A stretch of DNA of 40,817 bases, taken from positions 1,261,124 to 1,301,940 of the forward strand of contig NC_057758.1 in assembly GCF_004010195.1 (NCBI RefSeq). The letters are read 5' to 3'. This DNA comes from Chiloscyllium plagiosum. Its lineage: Eukaryota. Below are positions 24,432 through 36,199 of the stretch, in pieces. The notes below the pieces were generated by a model. It was given only the letters and a program-made list of their open reading frames with translations, was not told the origin of the DNA and did not search any database. Numbering within the stretch: position 1 is the stretch's first letter; each line of letters opens with the position of its first letter. A program made the translations under genes and the position numbers.

Positions 24432-25130
24432 TGTTATAAAGTTGTAGGCGTTGGAAAACTCGCAAGCCTGTTATGTGACTGATTGTAAGCACAGAGTGTA
24501 CTGAAATCTTTTTTTAAAAAACGTAACATTTGGCTATGATACGAATAGGTGAGCTGGATTTCTATGTCGCACAATGATTTGAATTTTGCCAATCAGTTTA
24601 AATTATGTCCCAAGATACTAAAACCCAATCGAAGTTGCATTTTACTCTTTTGATGACATTAAACCAATGAGGCGATCCAATGTTTTGGGTGTAAGAATCA
24701 GGCATTTTGAATAGTTAGCCAGAGAGGCAAAGAACACCAATACAGACTGCCCGCAGACCCACTCTCTGAAAGGTACTTTTATCTATGAAAGACCTGTGCA
24801 ACAGAAAACTGAAGTAGACCAAAGATGTTACAAAGAGAAGATCAACAGCTGGCTGGTTTTGAAACGTGAGCCTTTTGAAAACTTAAGGAGGTTTCTATCG
24901 GATCAGGATATTGTAGACTGGGAGGTCGATAAATCGATCAGACAAATGAGAATTGCAATGGAGGAAGTTGTTGTTTAATGGTCGCTTTTCTTTGAGTTAG
25001 ATAATTTGTTTTTTTTTTAAATAGTGGGCTTTGGGTAGTTCTTTGTCACTCACACTTTAACGCATGATGAGGCGAGATGAGCTTTTCTGTGTGTCTGGTT
25101 AAATTTAGCAGAAGGGTTTACCGCTTAACA
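24432..25130 (+). mobile_element. Solo LTR related to the Gypsy LTR at 3925-4650
   Basis: TGTTA...TAACA termini, 4-bp target-site duplication AGAT (24428-24431 and 25131-25134), and similarity to the reverse complement of 3925-4020 and 4560-4640. Confidence 0.85.
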
Positions 25131-25342
25131 AGATGCTCAGAAGGTTCGAAGTGCCAAATTGTGTTAGAGATATTTCAACTCAGGGTCAGTTCAGTCACTC
25201 ACACTTTAACGCATGATGAGGCGAGATGAGCTTTACTGTGTGTCTGGTTAAATATAGCAGAAGGGTTTACCGCTTAACAAGATGCTCAGAAGGTTCGAAG
25301 TGCCAAATTGTGTTAGAGATATTTCAACTCAGGGTCAGTTCA
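25045..25342. repeat. 149-bp tandem duplication (25045-25193, 25194-25342) spanning the LTR 3' end
   Basis: Two nearly identical units with two visible mismatches. Confidence 0.95.
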
Positions 25343-25409
25343 ACTGTTGCACAAAAACAGATATCATCACTGTCAAAACGTTCCTTCTGCCTCCCTCTGC
25401 TGGGTTCTG

Positions 25410-25775
25410 TGTACACACACACACACACACCGACACGCACACACATGCCCAAACTCACACAATTACTTGCGCATGCACACACTCACATACTCACAAACAA
25501 AGGAACACAAAAGCACACTGAGACACGCGGACGCACACAGATGTACACAGACACAGCCATGTACCTTGATACGTACACATCCGCATACAATCACACTGAC
25601 ATATGTTCTCACGTGCACATACATAGTGACACGCGCACACGTGGAGATGTACATTGATGCACACAACAAAACACACGTTGAGACACACATGGGCACTGAC
25701 ACACATACATTCATACTCACACATAATGACACACAGATTAGACACACATAGATGCATTCTCAGAGACACACTAAC
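25410..25775. repeat. Degenerate (CA)n tract
   Basis: Directly visible. Confidence 0.9.
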
Positions 25776-26009
25776 AGACTGCTAACAGTAATACCAAAGG
25801 ACTTCACTTGACGATTATTTTCTCCTTCCCAGCCTCATTCAGCTGTTGTGGATTCCTAGGCTGAATGTGCAACAAATATCCTTGTGATTCGTATTAAATC
25901 ACTTACAATGGTATTTGTACAGTAGGACTAAACTGTTGCAAGAACGAAATGATGCACAGTGAACAGGTTCTAAAGTGAGACCCATCTGATGTCTCGCGCC
26001 ATTAGAATT

Positions 26010-26190
26010 TTTAGATTAGATTAGATTACATTACAGTGTGGAAACAGGCCCTTCGGCCCAACAAGTCCACACCGACCCGCCGAAGCGCAACCCGACCCAT
26101 ACCCCTACATTTACCCCTTGCCTAACACTACGGGCAATTTAGCATGGTCAATTCACCTGACCTGCACATCTTTGCACTGTGCCGCCCACA
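26010..26190 (-). mobile_element. Internally deleted HE1-type SINE
   Basis: Tail and 3' half are joined directly to the head end (cactgtgccgccc). Flanked by attagaatttt at 26001-26011 and 26191-26201. Confidence 0.85.
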
Positions 26191-28402
26191 ATTAGAATTT
26201 TATTCCATCAAAATTTCTCAAATCATGGTTTATCATATTCCTCATGCAAAATCCTGTCAAACCATCCTATATTATCTGACAGACCTCTGACAATTCAGCC
26301 TGTCTCGGCTTTGGAAGAAGATCTCTCTGGAGACTTGACGAATTGCTGCAGTTCTTCATTGACATGGCACTCACTGTCGTGATTGAGCGTTCGTGGGAGT
26401 GGGCAATGGCTGTCGCTCCTTGCACAATCCCAGGGGACTTTGAAAGATATATTTCTCTGAGCTGGTGTCCCAGACCTCACTGCCCCGGTCCCTATTAGTC
26501 CTGGTGTTCACTAGCCCAGTATGTGTCAGTCCGGTGTGTCACTGCCTCAATCTGCTTCAGTTCCAGAGCACACCTTCCAGTGTCTTTAGGCCCCAGTGCT
26601 CACTGTTGCAGTCTCTGTCAGTCCCACAGGTGACGGCCCAGGTTCTATTTTCAGCCCCATTGCTCATTCCCCCAGCCTCTTGTCAGTCTCAGAGCTCACT
26701 TTCCAAAACGCTGTCAGTCCGAGAGCTCACTGTCCCAATCATTTTCAGTGCCAAAGCTCACTGTCCCAGACTCACTCTCAATCCTCACTAGCCTGGGTTA
26801 CACCAGTCCCCGAGCTGATTGGCCCAATCTGTGTGAGCCCCAGACCTCACAAATCCCACTCTCACTCTCATTTGCAGTGCACACTATCCCAGTCACTTTA
26901 AGTCCCAGACACACTCTCCCAGTCTCTGTCAGTGCCAGTTCTGGTACTCACTTCCCAGCCTCTTGTCAGCCCCAGTGTTCAGTCTACCAGTGTCTGTCAG
27001 CCTCTGACAGTACCCAAGACAATTGTCTCAGAATCTATCAATCCTAAAGATCACTACTCCCCTCTGTGTCAGTCGCAGAGATCATCTTACCAGTCTCCCT
27101 CTCAGTCCACGTGATCACTGTCCCAGTTTTACTCTCAGTCCTAGAGCTCACAGCCCTATTTTCTGTCAGTCTCAGTCCAATTGTGCATTGTACCCGTCTA
27201 CCTCCCAGAGACTGTCCCAGTCTGTATGGGTCACAGAGCTGACTAACACAGCCTGTTTCTGTCTCAGATTTCCCTGTCCCAGTCAAAGCCAGTCCCAGAA
27301 ATCACTCTCCCAGAGTGTAAGTCCCAGAGCTCATATCCTAGTCACTCACGCGTTCTCACTCTCAGTCCGAGGGCTCACTGTCCTGATTTGTATCAGTCCC
27401 ACTGCTCACTGTCTCTGTCAGTGTGTGCCCCAACGCTCAATATCCCAGTATCCCTCTTCAGTCCCAGAAATCACTCTCCCAGCTTCTGTAAGTCCCAGAG
27501 CTCACATCCTAGTCACTCACGCATTCTCACTCTCAGTCCGAGGGCTCACTGTCCTGATTTGTATCAGTCCCACTGCTCACTGTCTCTGTCAGTGTGTGCC
27601 CCAACGCTCAATATCCCAGTATCCCTCTTGTTTCTCAGTGCACAGTGTTCTTGTCACTTTTAATCCCGGAGCTCATGCTCTCAGTCTATGCGCGAGTCCC
27701 AGTGCTAGCTCTCCCAGGCACTGTCAGTTGCAGTACTCACTTCCTTGTCTCGTCAGTACCAGTACTAGTGACTGTCATTCTCAAAGTTTGGTGCCCTTGT
27801 TTAAGAGAACACTTTCCATGACTCTGTTAGTCCCAGAGGCTCCTGTCTTATCTGTGGCTTCTCAGAGCTCTTTTCAGTGTCTCTTTCTGCGGAACAGTGC
27901 TCACTGTCCCAGTATCACTCTCAGCCCCAGTGGTCACTGTCTCACTCACACTCTCCGTCTCAGAGCTCATTGTCCCAGTCTCTGCCAGACCAAGTGTACA
28001 ATGTCAGAATCTCCCTCTCTCTCTCTCTCTGAGATGTAGAGATCACTGTCCCATTCTCTGTCAATCCCAGAGCTCACTGCCACAGATACTGTGAGTGCCA
28101 GAGATCACTATTACAGTTTATGTTAGTCGCAGGGCTCAATGCGTCATTTTCTGCCTCAGTCTCACTCTCAGCCTCAGTGCCCATTGTCTCAGTTTCACTC
28201 TCAGCCCAGAGCTGACTTTTCAAGTCTCTGTTCGTCCAAGAGCTTACTGTCCGAGTCTCAATTAGTCTCAGTGTGCATTGTCCCAATCTGTGTCAGTTAC
28301 AGAGCTCGCTCTCCCAGGCTTTTGTACTCACAGTACTTACTGTCACAGTCTTCCTTCAGTCCGAGTGCTCACGATCCCATTCTATGTCAGTCCCAGCGCT
28401 CA

Positions 28403-28686
28403 GGGCGGCACGGTGGCACAGCGGTTAGCACTGCTGCCTCACAGCGTCAGAGACCCGGGTTCAATTCCCGCTTCAGGCGACTGACTGTGTGGAGTTTGCA
28501 CGTTCTCCCCGTGTCTGCGTGGGTTTCCTCCCACAGTCCAAAGATGTGCAAGTCAGGTGAATTGGCCATGCTAAATTGCCCGTAGTGTTAGGTAAGGGGT
28601 AAATGTAGGGGTATGGGTGGGTTATGCTTCGGCGGGTCGATGTGGACTTGTTGGGCCGGAGGGCCTGTTTCCACACTGTAATGTAT
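28403..28686 (+). mobile_element. HE1-type SINE inside the satellite
   Basis: gggcggcacggtggcacagcggttagcactgctgcctcacagc..ggttcaattccc head and cctgtttccacactgta end. Confidence 0.9.
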
Positions 28687-28689
28687 GAT

Positions 28690-29125
28690 ATCTTTGATTG
28701 GTCTTTTTTAAATAAGTTAACAATTTGGTGTGAGAGGCAGGTTTAGTCTCTCAGCTAGCAGACTTACTCTCTCTGCAGCTGAAGTTTAGCTCTCCCTTCA
28801 GATGATTGAAGTTTTGAATTTAGCTCTCCCAGTTTTCAGAAACCACTTTCTTAAATACCCCCAATGATGCAACACAGTCTCATAATGCGATTGATCTCAG
28901 GCTGTCAACACCATCAATTGAATTTTAAGTTTCTCTGTGTTGGTTTAAATTATTTGGCCGAATTCAAGCTCGTCTTCAATGCAAACTTAAGGTGTCCGTT
29001 AACAAAACCATGCTTCCAGTTTAAGAAGTGCCTGTACTATTTCCCATCTGCTCTCAGACCCTTTCTCTGTTTAACGCTAAGCTGAAAAAACACATTATCT
29101 CTTAAAGAAACCACACTCTGTTGTT
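28690..29125. mobile_element. Unclassified insertion in the satellite, possibly an LTR fragment
   Basis: AT-rich non-satellite block; no termini or TSD confirmed. Confidence 0.3.
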
Positions 29126-32118
29126 CAATTCACGATTATTCTACACAACTTTGTGATACTCTCAGCCCCGGTATCCTCTATACTACTCATAAGTTCAGTT
29201 CCGGAGCTCACTGTGCCAGTCTGTGTCTGTCCCAGAGCTCCATGCCCCAGTCTGTGGCAGTCATAGAGCTCAGTGTCCAAGTCACTGTCAGTCCCGAGTT
29301 CGATACCCCATTTTATGTCAGTTTCAAATCTCAGTGTCCAAAGTGTTCTCTCAGTCGCAAAGCCCAGTAACCAATCCGTTCCAGTCCTGGATCTCACAAT
29401 CCCAGGCACTGTCATTCCCAAAACACAGTGTCAGCCCCAGAGCTAACTTTTTTGGTCTCTTTAAATCCCAGAGCTCACTGTCGATGTCAGAGCCAGAGGT
29501 CACTGGCTCAGTCTCATGTTCAGTTTCAGTGCTCACTGACCCTGTCTCAGTCTCAGCCCCAGGGGTCACTGTCCCACTCTCTGTCAGTCCTAGTGTTCAG
29601 TGTCCCAGCCTCTGTCAGTCCTAGTGCTCACTCTCAATTTCTTTTCTGTCCAAGCGTGCACGCTGAAGTCTCTGCCAGTCGGAGACCTTATTATCCCAAC
29701 CTCTATCAGTCCCAGAGCTCACTGTCACATTCTCTGCCAATCCCAGACATCACTATCACACTCCCTCTCAGTCCCAGATGTCGTTGTCCATGTCTCTGTC
29801 AATTCCGGCGTTCACTGACCAAACCTGTATTAATCCCAGAGCTCACTGTCCCTGTCTCTGTCAGTCCCAGTACTCACTGTCGCAGAGTGTTCCGATCCGG
29901 GGTGCAGTGCACCAGTCCCCTTCAGTTCCCGAGCTCACTCTCCAAGTCTCTTTCAGCCCCAGTGCTGACTGTCTGTGTCTGTCTCAGTACTAGAGCTCAT
30001 GGTCCTCGACCAAGCCTCCTGATTTATGTAAGTCCCAGAACTCACCGCCCCATTCTTACTCTCCACCCCAGGGCTCAGTGACCCAGTCTGACTCAGTCAC
30101 AAATCTCACTTGCCCAGAATCTTTCAGTTCCAGGAGACAAAGTCCCAGTCACACCCGGCCCTAGAGTTCACTATCTCAACCTCTATCAACCCCACACCTC
30201 ATGGCCCCAGTCTCTGTCAATCTCAGAGCTCAATGTATCAGTCTGCTTCATCCTCAGAACTCACCACATCAGTTTGTGTCAGTCCCAGTGCTCGCCGTCA
30301 CAGTCATTCTCCCAGTCTCAGAGCACACTGTCCCCTCGACACTACCCCTTGTCTGTATCAGAGTGAGAGCACACTGTCACAGTCTTACTGTCGGTCCCAG
30401 ACCTCAAACTCCCAATCTTCCTCTCCATCCCAAAGCTCACAGTTGCAAATGCTCTCTGTCGCACAGCTGACTTTCCCAGTCTCTTTCAATTGTAGAGCCC
30501 ACCGTCCGAGCCTGTTTCATCCCCAGAGCTCACGTTCCCAGACTCACTCTCCATACGATTGATCACTGTCCCAGTCTCACTCAGACCCCAGATGCCACTG
30601 TCCCATATCGAAGTAATCAAAGATTTTACTTTCTCAGTCTCTGTCACTCTCAGTGTTCATTGTCCCAGTGTCTGTCAGTCCTGGAGATCACATTTACAGT
30701 CTCTTTCGGTCTAAGAGCTCACTGTTGCAGTCTGTATCAGTGCTCACTGTCCGTGGCTCTATCAGTCCTACATCTCATAGTCCCGGATGTTGTCAGACCC
30801 AGAGCTCACTGTCCCATTCTCACTCTCAATCCCAGAAGTAACTTTCCCAGTCTCTTTCAGGTCCATAGCACACCACTCCAGTTTCAGTCGGTCCGAGAGC
30901 TTACTGACCCACTGTCACTCTCAATACTAGAAATCACTTCCCCTGTCTCTTTCAGGTCCAGCGTTCACTGTCCCAGTCTCACCCTCAGTCCGAGAACTCA
31001 CTGTCCCAGACTCTGCTCCAGAGTTCACAGTTCCACTCTCTGTCCGTCTGAGGGCTCACTGTGTCCAAACTTCTGTCCATCCCACGGTTCAGCTCCCTAG
31101 CCTGTGTCAGTGCCAGGTCTCATTGGTCCAGTCTCTTTCGTCTCTGTCCGTCTGAGAGCTCACTGTGTCCAAACTTCTGTCCAGTCCACGGCTCAGTTCC
31201 CTAGCCTGTGTCAGTGCCAGGTCTCATTGGTCCAGTCTCAGAGGTCAATGTCCCAGTCTCACTCTTGATCCTAATATTTAACTTCATAGTTGCTTTTCTG
31301 TACCAAAGCTCACTCCCGAAGTCTCTCACAAACCAGGTGCTCGCCCTCCAAGTCTTTGTCAGTATAAGAGCTTACTATCCAAGCCTCTTCCAGTCCCACA
31401 GCTCCTAGTCCCAGAGTTCACTGTTCCAGTCTGTGGCAAACCCAGAACTCACTGTCCCATTGTCTCTCAACGTCGGAACTCACTGTCCCAGTCTTTGTCA
31501 ATCCTACATTTCGCTGTCCCAGTCTTGGAAACCCCTGAATTCAATGTCCCAGTCTCTATCCGCCTCAGAACTCACTGTCCTTGTTTCTTTCAGGCCGAGA
31601 ACTTACTGTCCAAGACTCACCCTCAGTCCCAGAGTTTATGGACCCAGTCTCTGGCAATCCATGAACCCTCTGTCCGAGAGTTCACTGACTCAGTCTTTTT
31701 CAGTCCCGGACCTCACGTCCCCAATTTCACTCTTAATCCCGTAGCTCACTGTACTCGTCTCACCCTCGATCCCATAACTCTCTCGGTCCCAGCTTTCAAT
31801 GTTCCAGTCTTACTCTCAATCTCAGAGCTCACTTTCCCACCCTGTGGCAGTCCGAGAGCTCACTGTCCTAGGCTCGTTCTCAGTCCCAGAGCTGACAGTC
31901 CCACTGTGTGGCAGTCCCAGAGCTCACTGGTCAGCGTGAGAGCTCTGTCATCCCCAGAGCTAACTGTCCCAACCAGTGTCATTCACACTGCTCACTGTTG
32001 CAGTCACTTTCAGCCCCAGTGCTCAATCTCCCAGTCTCTGTAAGTCGTACCTTTCACTCACCCAGCCTCCTGTCAGTCCAAGTTCTCATTCTTCAAGTCC
32101 GTTTCCAGAGCTGGACTG

Positions 32119-32185
32119 CCCGAAACGTCGAATCTCCTGTTCCCTGGATGCTGCCTGACCTGCTGTGCTGTTCCAGCAATAAAGT
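32119..32185. mobile_element. Half hairpin element
   Basis: cccgaaacgtcgaatctcctgttccctggatgctgcctgacctgctgtgctgttccagc, one arm of the 20221-20375 family. Confidence 0.75.
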
Positions 32186-32630
32186 TTCAACTGCCTAACA
32201 CTCTGCCAGTCAAATCGCTCACTGTAACAGTCGCCTTCAGTCCCAGTGCTCATTCTCCAAGTCTCTTTCAGTCCCAATGCTGTTCTCTTCGTCTGTGCCA
32301 GTCCCAGTTCTCACTCTTCCATTTTCTTGCAATCCTCAGTGTTCACTCTCGCAGTGCCTGTCACTCCAAGTGCTCAGACGTCAGCCTGTGTTAATCCCAC
32401 AGCCTACTGTGCCAGTTAGTTTCGGTTCCAAAACTCATCGTCGCTCTGTCTGTCAGTCCCACGATTCTCTTTCACAGTCTCATTCCCAGTCCTGTTCAGC
32501 CCCAGGTCTTACTGTCCCAGTCTCAGTCTAGGTCTCAGAACTCACTGTCCCAGACTGTGCAAATGCCAGAGATCACAGTTCAAATGTTTGGCGCGGGAGA
32601 GAGCATAGCAAGTCAAAACGCATCAAGAGG

Positions 32631-32663
32631 GTCGACGTTTCAGGCAAGACCTTTCTTCAGGAC
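32631..32663 (-). ncRNA. Candidate minimal hammerhead ribozyme within a hairpin element (~32585-32790)
   Basis: The minus strand reads GTC-CTGAAGA-A-AGGT-CTT-GCCT-GAAAC-GTC^GAC: intact CUGANGA and GAAA boxes, stem II, palindromic ACGT in place of stem III, a GUC cleavage triplet and a 3-bp stem I. Confidence 0.5.
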
Positions 32664-33293
32664 TGAAGAAGAGTCCTGCTTGAAATGTCAACGATCTCGC
32701 TACTTAGAAACTGCCTGATCTGCCGTGACCTCTGCATCATCACGTTTCATGAACTCCAAGTCTCCAGCGTCCGCAGTACTCACTTCCTTTCAGAGGTCAG
32801 GCTAACAGTCTCCGTCAGTCCAAAAGCTCGCTGCCACAATTTAATTCTTGTTCACAGAGCTCACTGTCCCAATCTCACTCTCGGCCCCAGAGCTCACATC
32901 CCCGTCCACTGTCAGTACCAGTGCTGACTGTTCTAGTTTCTGTCCGTCCCAGAACTCACTGTCGAACTCTGCGTCTGTGCCAAAGCTCACTGCCCCAGTC
33001 TCACTTTCAGTCCCAGTGATCACTCCAGTAGTCTCTGTCAGAGCCAACGCTTAGACTTTTGCCAGTCACAAAGTCCCGGCTACCAGTTTCTATCAGTTCC
33101 AGAGCTCACCGTCACAGTCTCTCTGTATCAGTCCTAATAGTCAATGTCCCAGTCGCCTTCAGAACAACGGTCGGTGCATTCGTACTGCATGGAAACAGAC
33201 CCTTCAGCCAAACAAGTCCATGTCAACCACGTAACCGAAACTGAAATACCTCCATTCATCTGCAAAAGTATCCATGTAAACCTTTTCCACTTT

Positions 33294-33672
33294 GGGACGG
33301 CACGCTGGCTCAGTGGTTATCACTGATTCCTGCCTCGGGTGACTATCTGTGTGGAGTTTGCACCTTCTCCCCATATCTGCGCTGGTTTCCTCCGGGTGCT
33401 CCGCTTTCTTCCCACAGTCCAAAGATGTGCAGATTAGGTGAATTGTCCATAGTGTTAGGTGCATTAGTCAGGGTTAAACATGGGATAGGGGGATGGGTGT
33501 GGACATGTGTACGGTTTCTTCCCACAGTCCAAACATGTGCAGGTTAGGTGAATTGGCTATGCTAAATTGTCCATAGTGTTAGGTGCATTAGTCAGGGTTA
33601 AACAGGGGATGGGTGTGGGTGTGGACATGTTGGGCCAAAGGGTCTGTTTCTACACTGTAGGGGAATCTAATC
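33294..33672 (+). mobile_element. HE1-type SINE with an internal tandem duplication
   Basis: The tcccacagtccaaa..gtgtggacatgt segment occurs twice (~33405-33510, ~33515-33630). Confidence 0.85.
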
Positions 33673-34124
33673 CAAAAAGGAAGTACCTGTCTGATTTTTT
33701 TTTTCAATTGGTGCAGTTGTACCCGACTCTACCACTCCCTCTGGCAGCTCGTTCCACCAGCTGTGTGAAATAAATGCACCTTCAGACCTCTTTAAATCTG
33801 TCTCCTGTAATTTAAACCTTGCCCTCTAGCTTTTGAACGACTTTCATTTTTCAAGTAATCATTGTGCCTGACGAACTTGTAAACCTTTATAAGGTCACAT
33901 CTCAGCCTCTTGTGATCCAAAAGAAAAATGTCTCAGCTTGTTCAGTTTCCGTGAACCCAGGAGAGAGATGAATCATCCCACTGTGTGCAAATCACTGACC
34001 CCGGGACGACATGAGACTGATTTCACTGTATCTGCTTAACGCATGCTGGTACACGTGCCTCTCGTTATGACAGCATGGGAAAATGAAGTGTACTGATACT
34101 GAATTGGAAATGATTTATCTTCAT

Positions 34125-35023
34125 TCATAAAAAAACTGCTTTTCGTTGTTTAAGAAATTTTAGTAGGAGAGTATATGGATATTTCAACACATCCTTCATC
34201 TGAGCCCTGAACTTGGTCAATGCAATGGCATAAATGCAAATATTTGTACAACAACTTGTGAGCTGGCAGATGTATCCAATTTCCCTTACAAAATAATGGA
34301 GATATATGGCTTTCTGCCCTAATAGCCATGCCCGGTTCCATATTGAATAAAGCATAATGACTGTCCATGACAGTACAAAGTTGGCTGAGATGAGAAAAAG
34401 TAAAATTATAGATTTTCTTCGACTCTTGCTCCCCCTGCTGAGAGTTTGAAGTCTCTGACGGGCTCTGTTGGCCATTAGGATATGTCTGGTACATAAACCA
34501 TTAAACACAAAAGTCAAAAGAATTGCCAAACACGGGCTGAGAAGATAATGTGTTATTTCGAATATTCCCCAGAAATGGGATTGTTTAACAACTGTTCGTA
34601 TCTCACAAAACCAAGGAAGGTTCTTCAGTTGATACTGACTCGTTAACATAAAATACCAAAAGATATTCTTTGAACTGCTCAGTAACATCACTGTTCCCAA
34701 TACCACAGATGCAATTTTCTCAGTGCAGTATTTAGGTTTCAATTTCTGGCAACAGATAGCCACAAATCGATCAAAGGTGAAGGCAACAGTGAACCAGACA
34801 GAACAATCTGTGACTGCGTAGACAAGAATAGCATGGATGTTGCACACAGGGAAGGATTTCACAAACAGAAATTTGCTCGCATATACAATTGGAATGTGCC
34901 TCAGTGTCAAATCAACGATGTTGACCAGTAGATCCACCACTGCCAGCTCCACCAGATAGACAGTTACACATTTGGATAGACCGCACTTAGCCCGAGACAG
35001 GATTCCAATCACCAGTATGTTAA
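34125..35023 (-). CDS. GPR139-like class A GPCR, coding exon 2 (end of TM1 to C-terminus)
   Basis: Open frame NILVIGILSRAKCGLSKCVTVYLVELAVVDLLV..C..SVWFTVAFTFDRFVAICC..RRKSIILLFLISANFVLSW..SCCTNICIYAIALTKFR. Acceptor ccctttttcacag| in phase 1. Confidence 0.92.
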
Positions 35024-35377
35024 CTGTGAAAAAGGGTAATAAAATCTGAAAATCATGCATCATTTGAAGAGCACATATCCTAATTGAAGACATAGAGAGA
35101 GCATAGTCTCAGAATTGAGGGGAAACCATTTCAGAATGAGATGAGGACAAGTTGCTTCTCTCAGAGTCTTGTGTCCTTGGAACACCTTGCCACAAAGCAC
35201 TGTGCAAGCAAGAGTCCTAGTTTATATCGGAGTCATTAGGGGCTCAAAATGTTAACTCACTTCTTCTCCCCAAAGATGACGTCGTTAGGAAGAGCTATGC
35301 TGCACTCGAAAGAGGACGAAAGAGGTCTAAAGCAGGAATGTGCTCCCGATGACCGGTGGAATCCAGAACCCTTTAAA

Positions 35378-35437
35378 TGTGTGTGTGTGTGGGGGGGGGG
35401 GGGTGTGGGGGGAGGGGGGCAGTGTGTTGTGGGGGTG
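35378..35437 (+). repeat. (GT)n plus poly-G tract in the GPCR intron
   Basis: gtgtgtgtgt gggggggggggggtgtggggggagggggg. Confidence 0.85.
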
Positions 35438-35568
35438 TTCACGGATGGTGATCACAGTATAAGGATACGGCGCAGGACTGAGGTGAAACGTGAACTCAAT
35501 TTCCCTTTCTTTCTGCAGATGCTGCAACAACTGTTCAGCTTTTCCAAAGTTTGCCCTGATGTTCTATG

Positions 35569-35728
35569 CGTCAAGAAGAGTGGTGCTAGAAAATCACAGC
35601 AGGTCAGGCAGCATCCGAGGAGCAGGAGAATCGACGATTCTGGCATAAGCCTTGTTGGTGAGCCATTGTGTTTTTCCAGCACTACACTTTTCAAATCTGA
35701 CTTTTCAGCACCTGCAGACCTTACTTTT
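35569..35728. mobile_element. Hairpin-family element in the intron, flanked by a 15-bp direct repeat
   Basis: cagcaggtcaggcagcatccgaggagcaggagaatcgacg core; ccctgatgttctatg at 35554-35568 and 35729-35743. Confidence 0.7.
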
Positions 35729-36199
35729 CCCTGATGTTCTATGTGCTTGAGAAGAGCACAGATTGTACCGCAGGAAATATGTCATTGAAGACAATGTGCC
35801 AAACGTTGTTATCAATTGAGAGCAGATGGACACGGCAAGGTAAGTCGTAGCATACAATGCAGTGTTTTCGCTGGACTGAAAAAACGCCATTCGTGATTCA
35901 GTTAATTCCTTTAGCTTATCTAAATATTCCTCAAGCTGTGAGAGATGTTACACGTGTATCATGTGAACAGAACAGAGGACAAGATGAGACAGGCGCGAGA
36001 CGCCTCTGACTGAAATAGCCTCCGAACATTTCAGATTGTTTTATGCAATATTTGTCAATCACAATCCTACAGTTGACGGTTTCATTGCACACCGCTATTT
36101 ACAACTGGATTAGGGCAGAATGACAAATCCTCAAACTTATCTGTTACTTTGGTGATCACTCTGTTCCATTGATCGCATACGACTCGTGCTGTTCATATC

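Larger units (their letters stand above)
26460..33150. repeat. Degenerate tandem satellite, unit ~31-35 bp (approx. CAGTCCCAGAGCTCACTGTCCCAGTCTCTGT)
   Basis: The motif recurs throughout, with recent higher-order duplications (~27290-27629, ~170 bp x2; ~31035-31238, ~105 bp x2). Interrupted by insertions. Confidence 0.9.

Noticed and set aside
25226..25769. His/Thr- and Cys/Val-rich ORFs
   Set aside because: They are translations of the degenerate (CA)n tract.
27023..28039. 338-aa ORF and other Ser/Cys/Pro-rich ORFs between 26465 and 33054
   Set aside because: They are translations of the stop-poor satellite in several overlapping frames, mostly with non-ATG starts and no domain signature.
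28403..28480. tRNA-like sequences at SINE heads
   Set aside because: They are HE1 SINE promoter regions followed by SINE body, not tRNA genes.
26460..33150. CRISPR-like or RSS-like reading of the repeat (CACTGTC resembles the heptamer CACTGTG)
   Set aside because: There are no constant repeats with unique spacers and no cas genes. I saw no nonamers at 12/23 spacing and no V/D/J segments.
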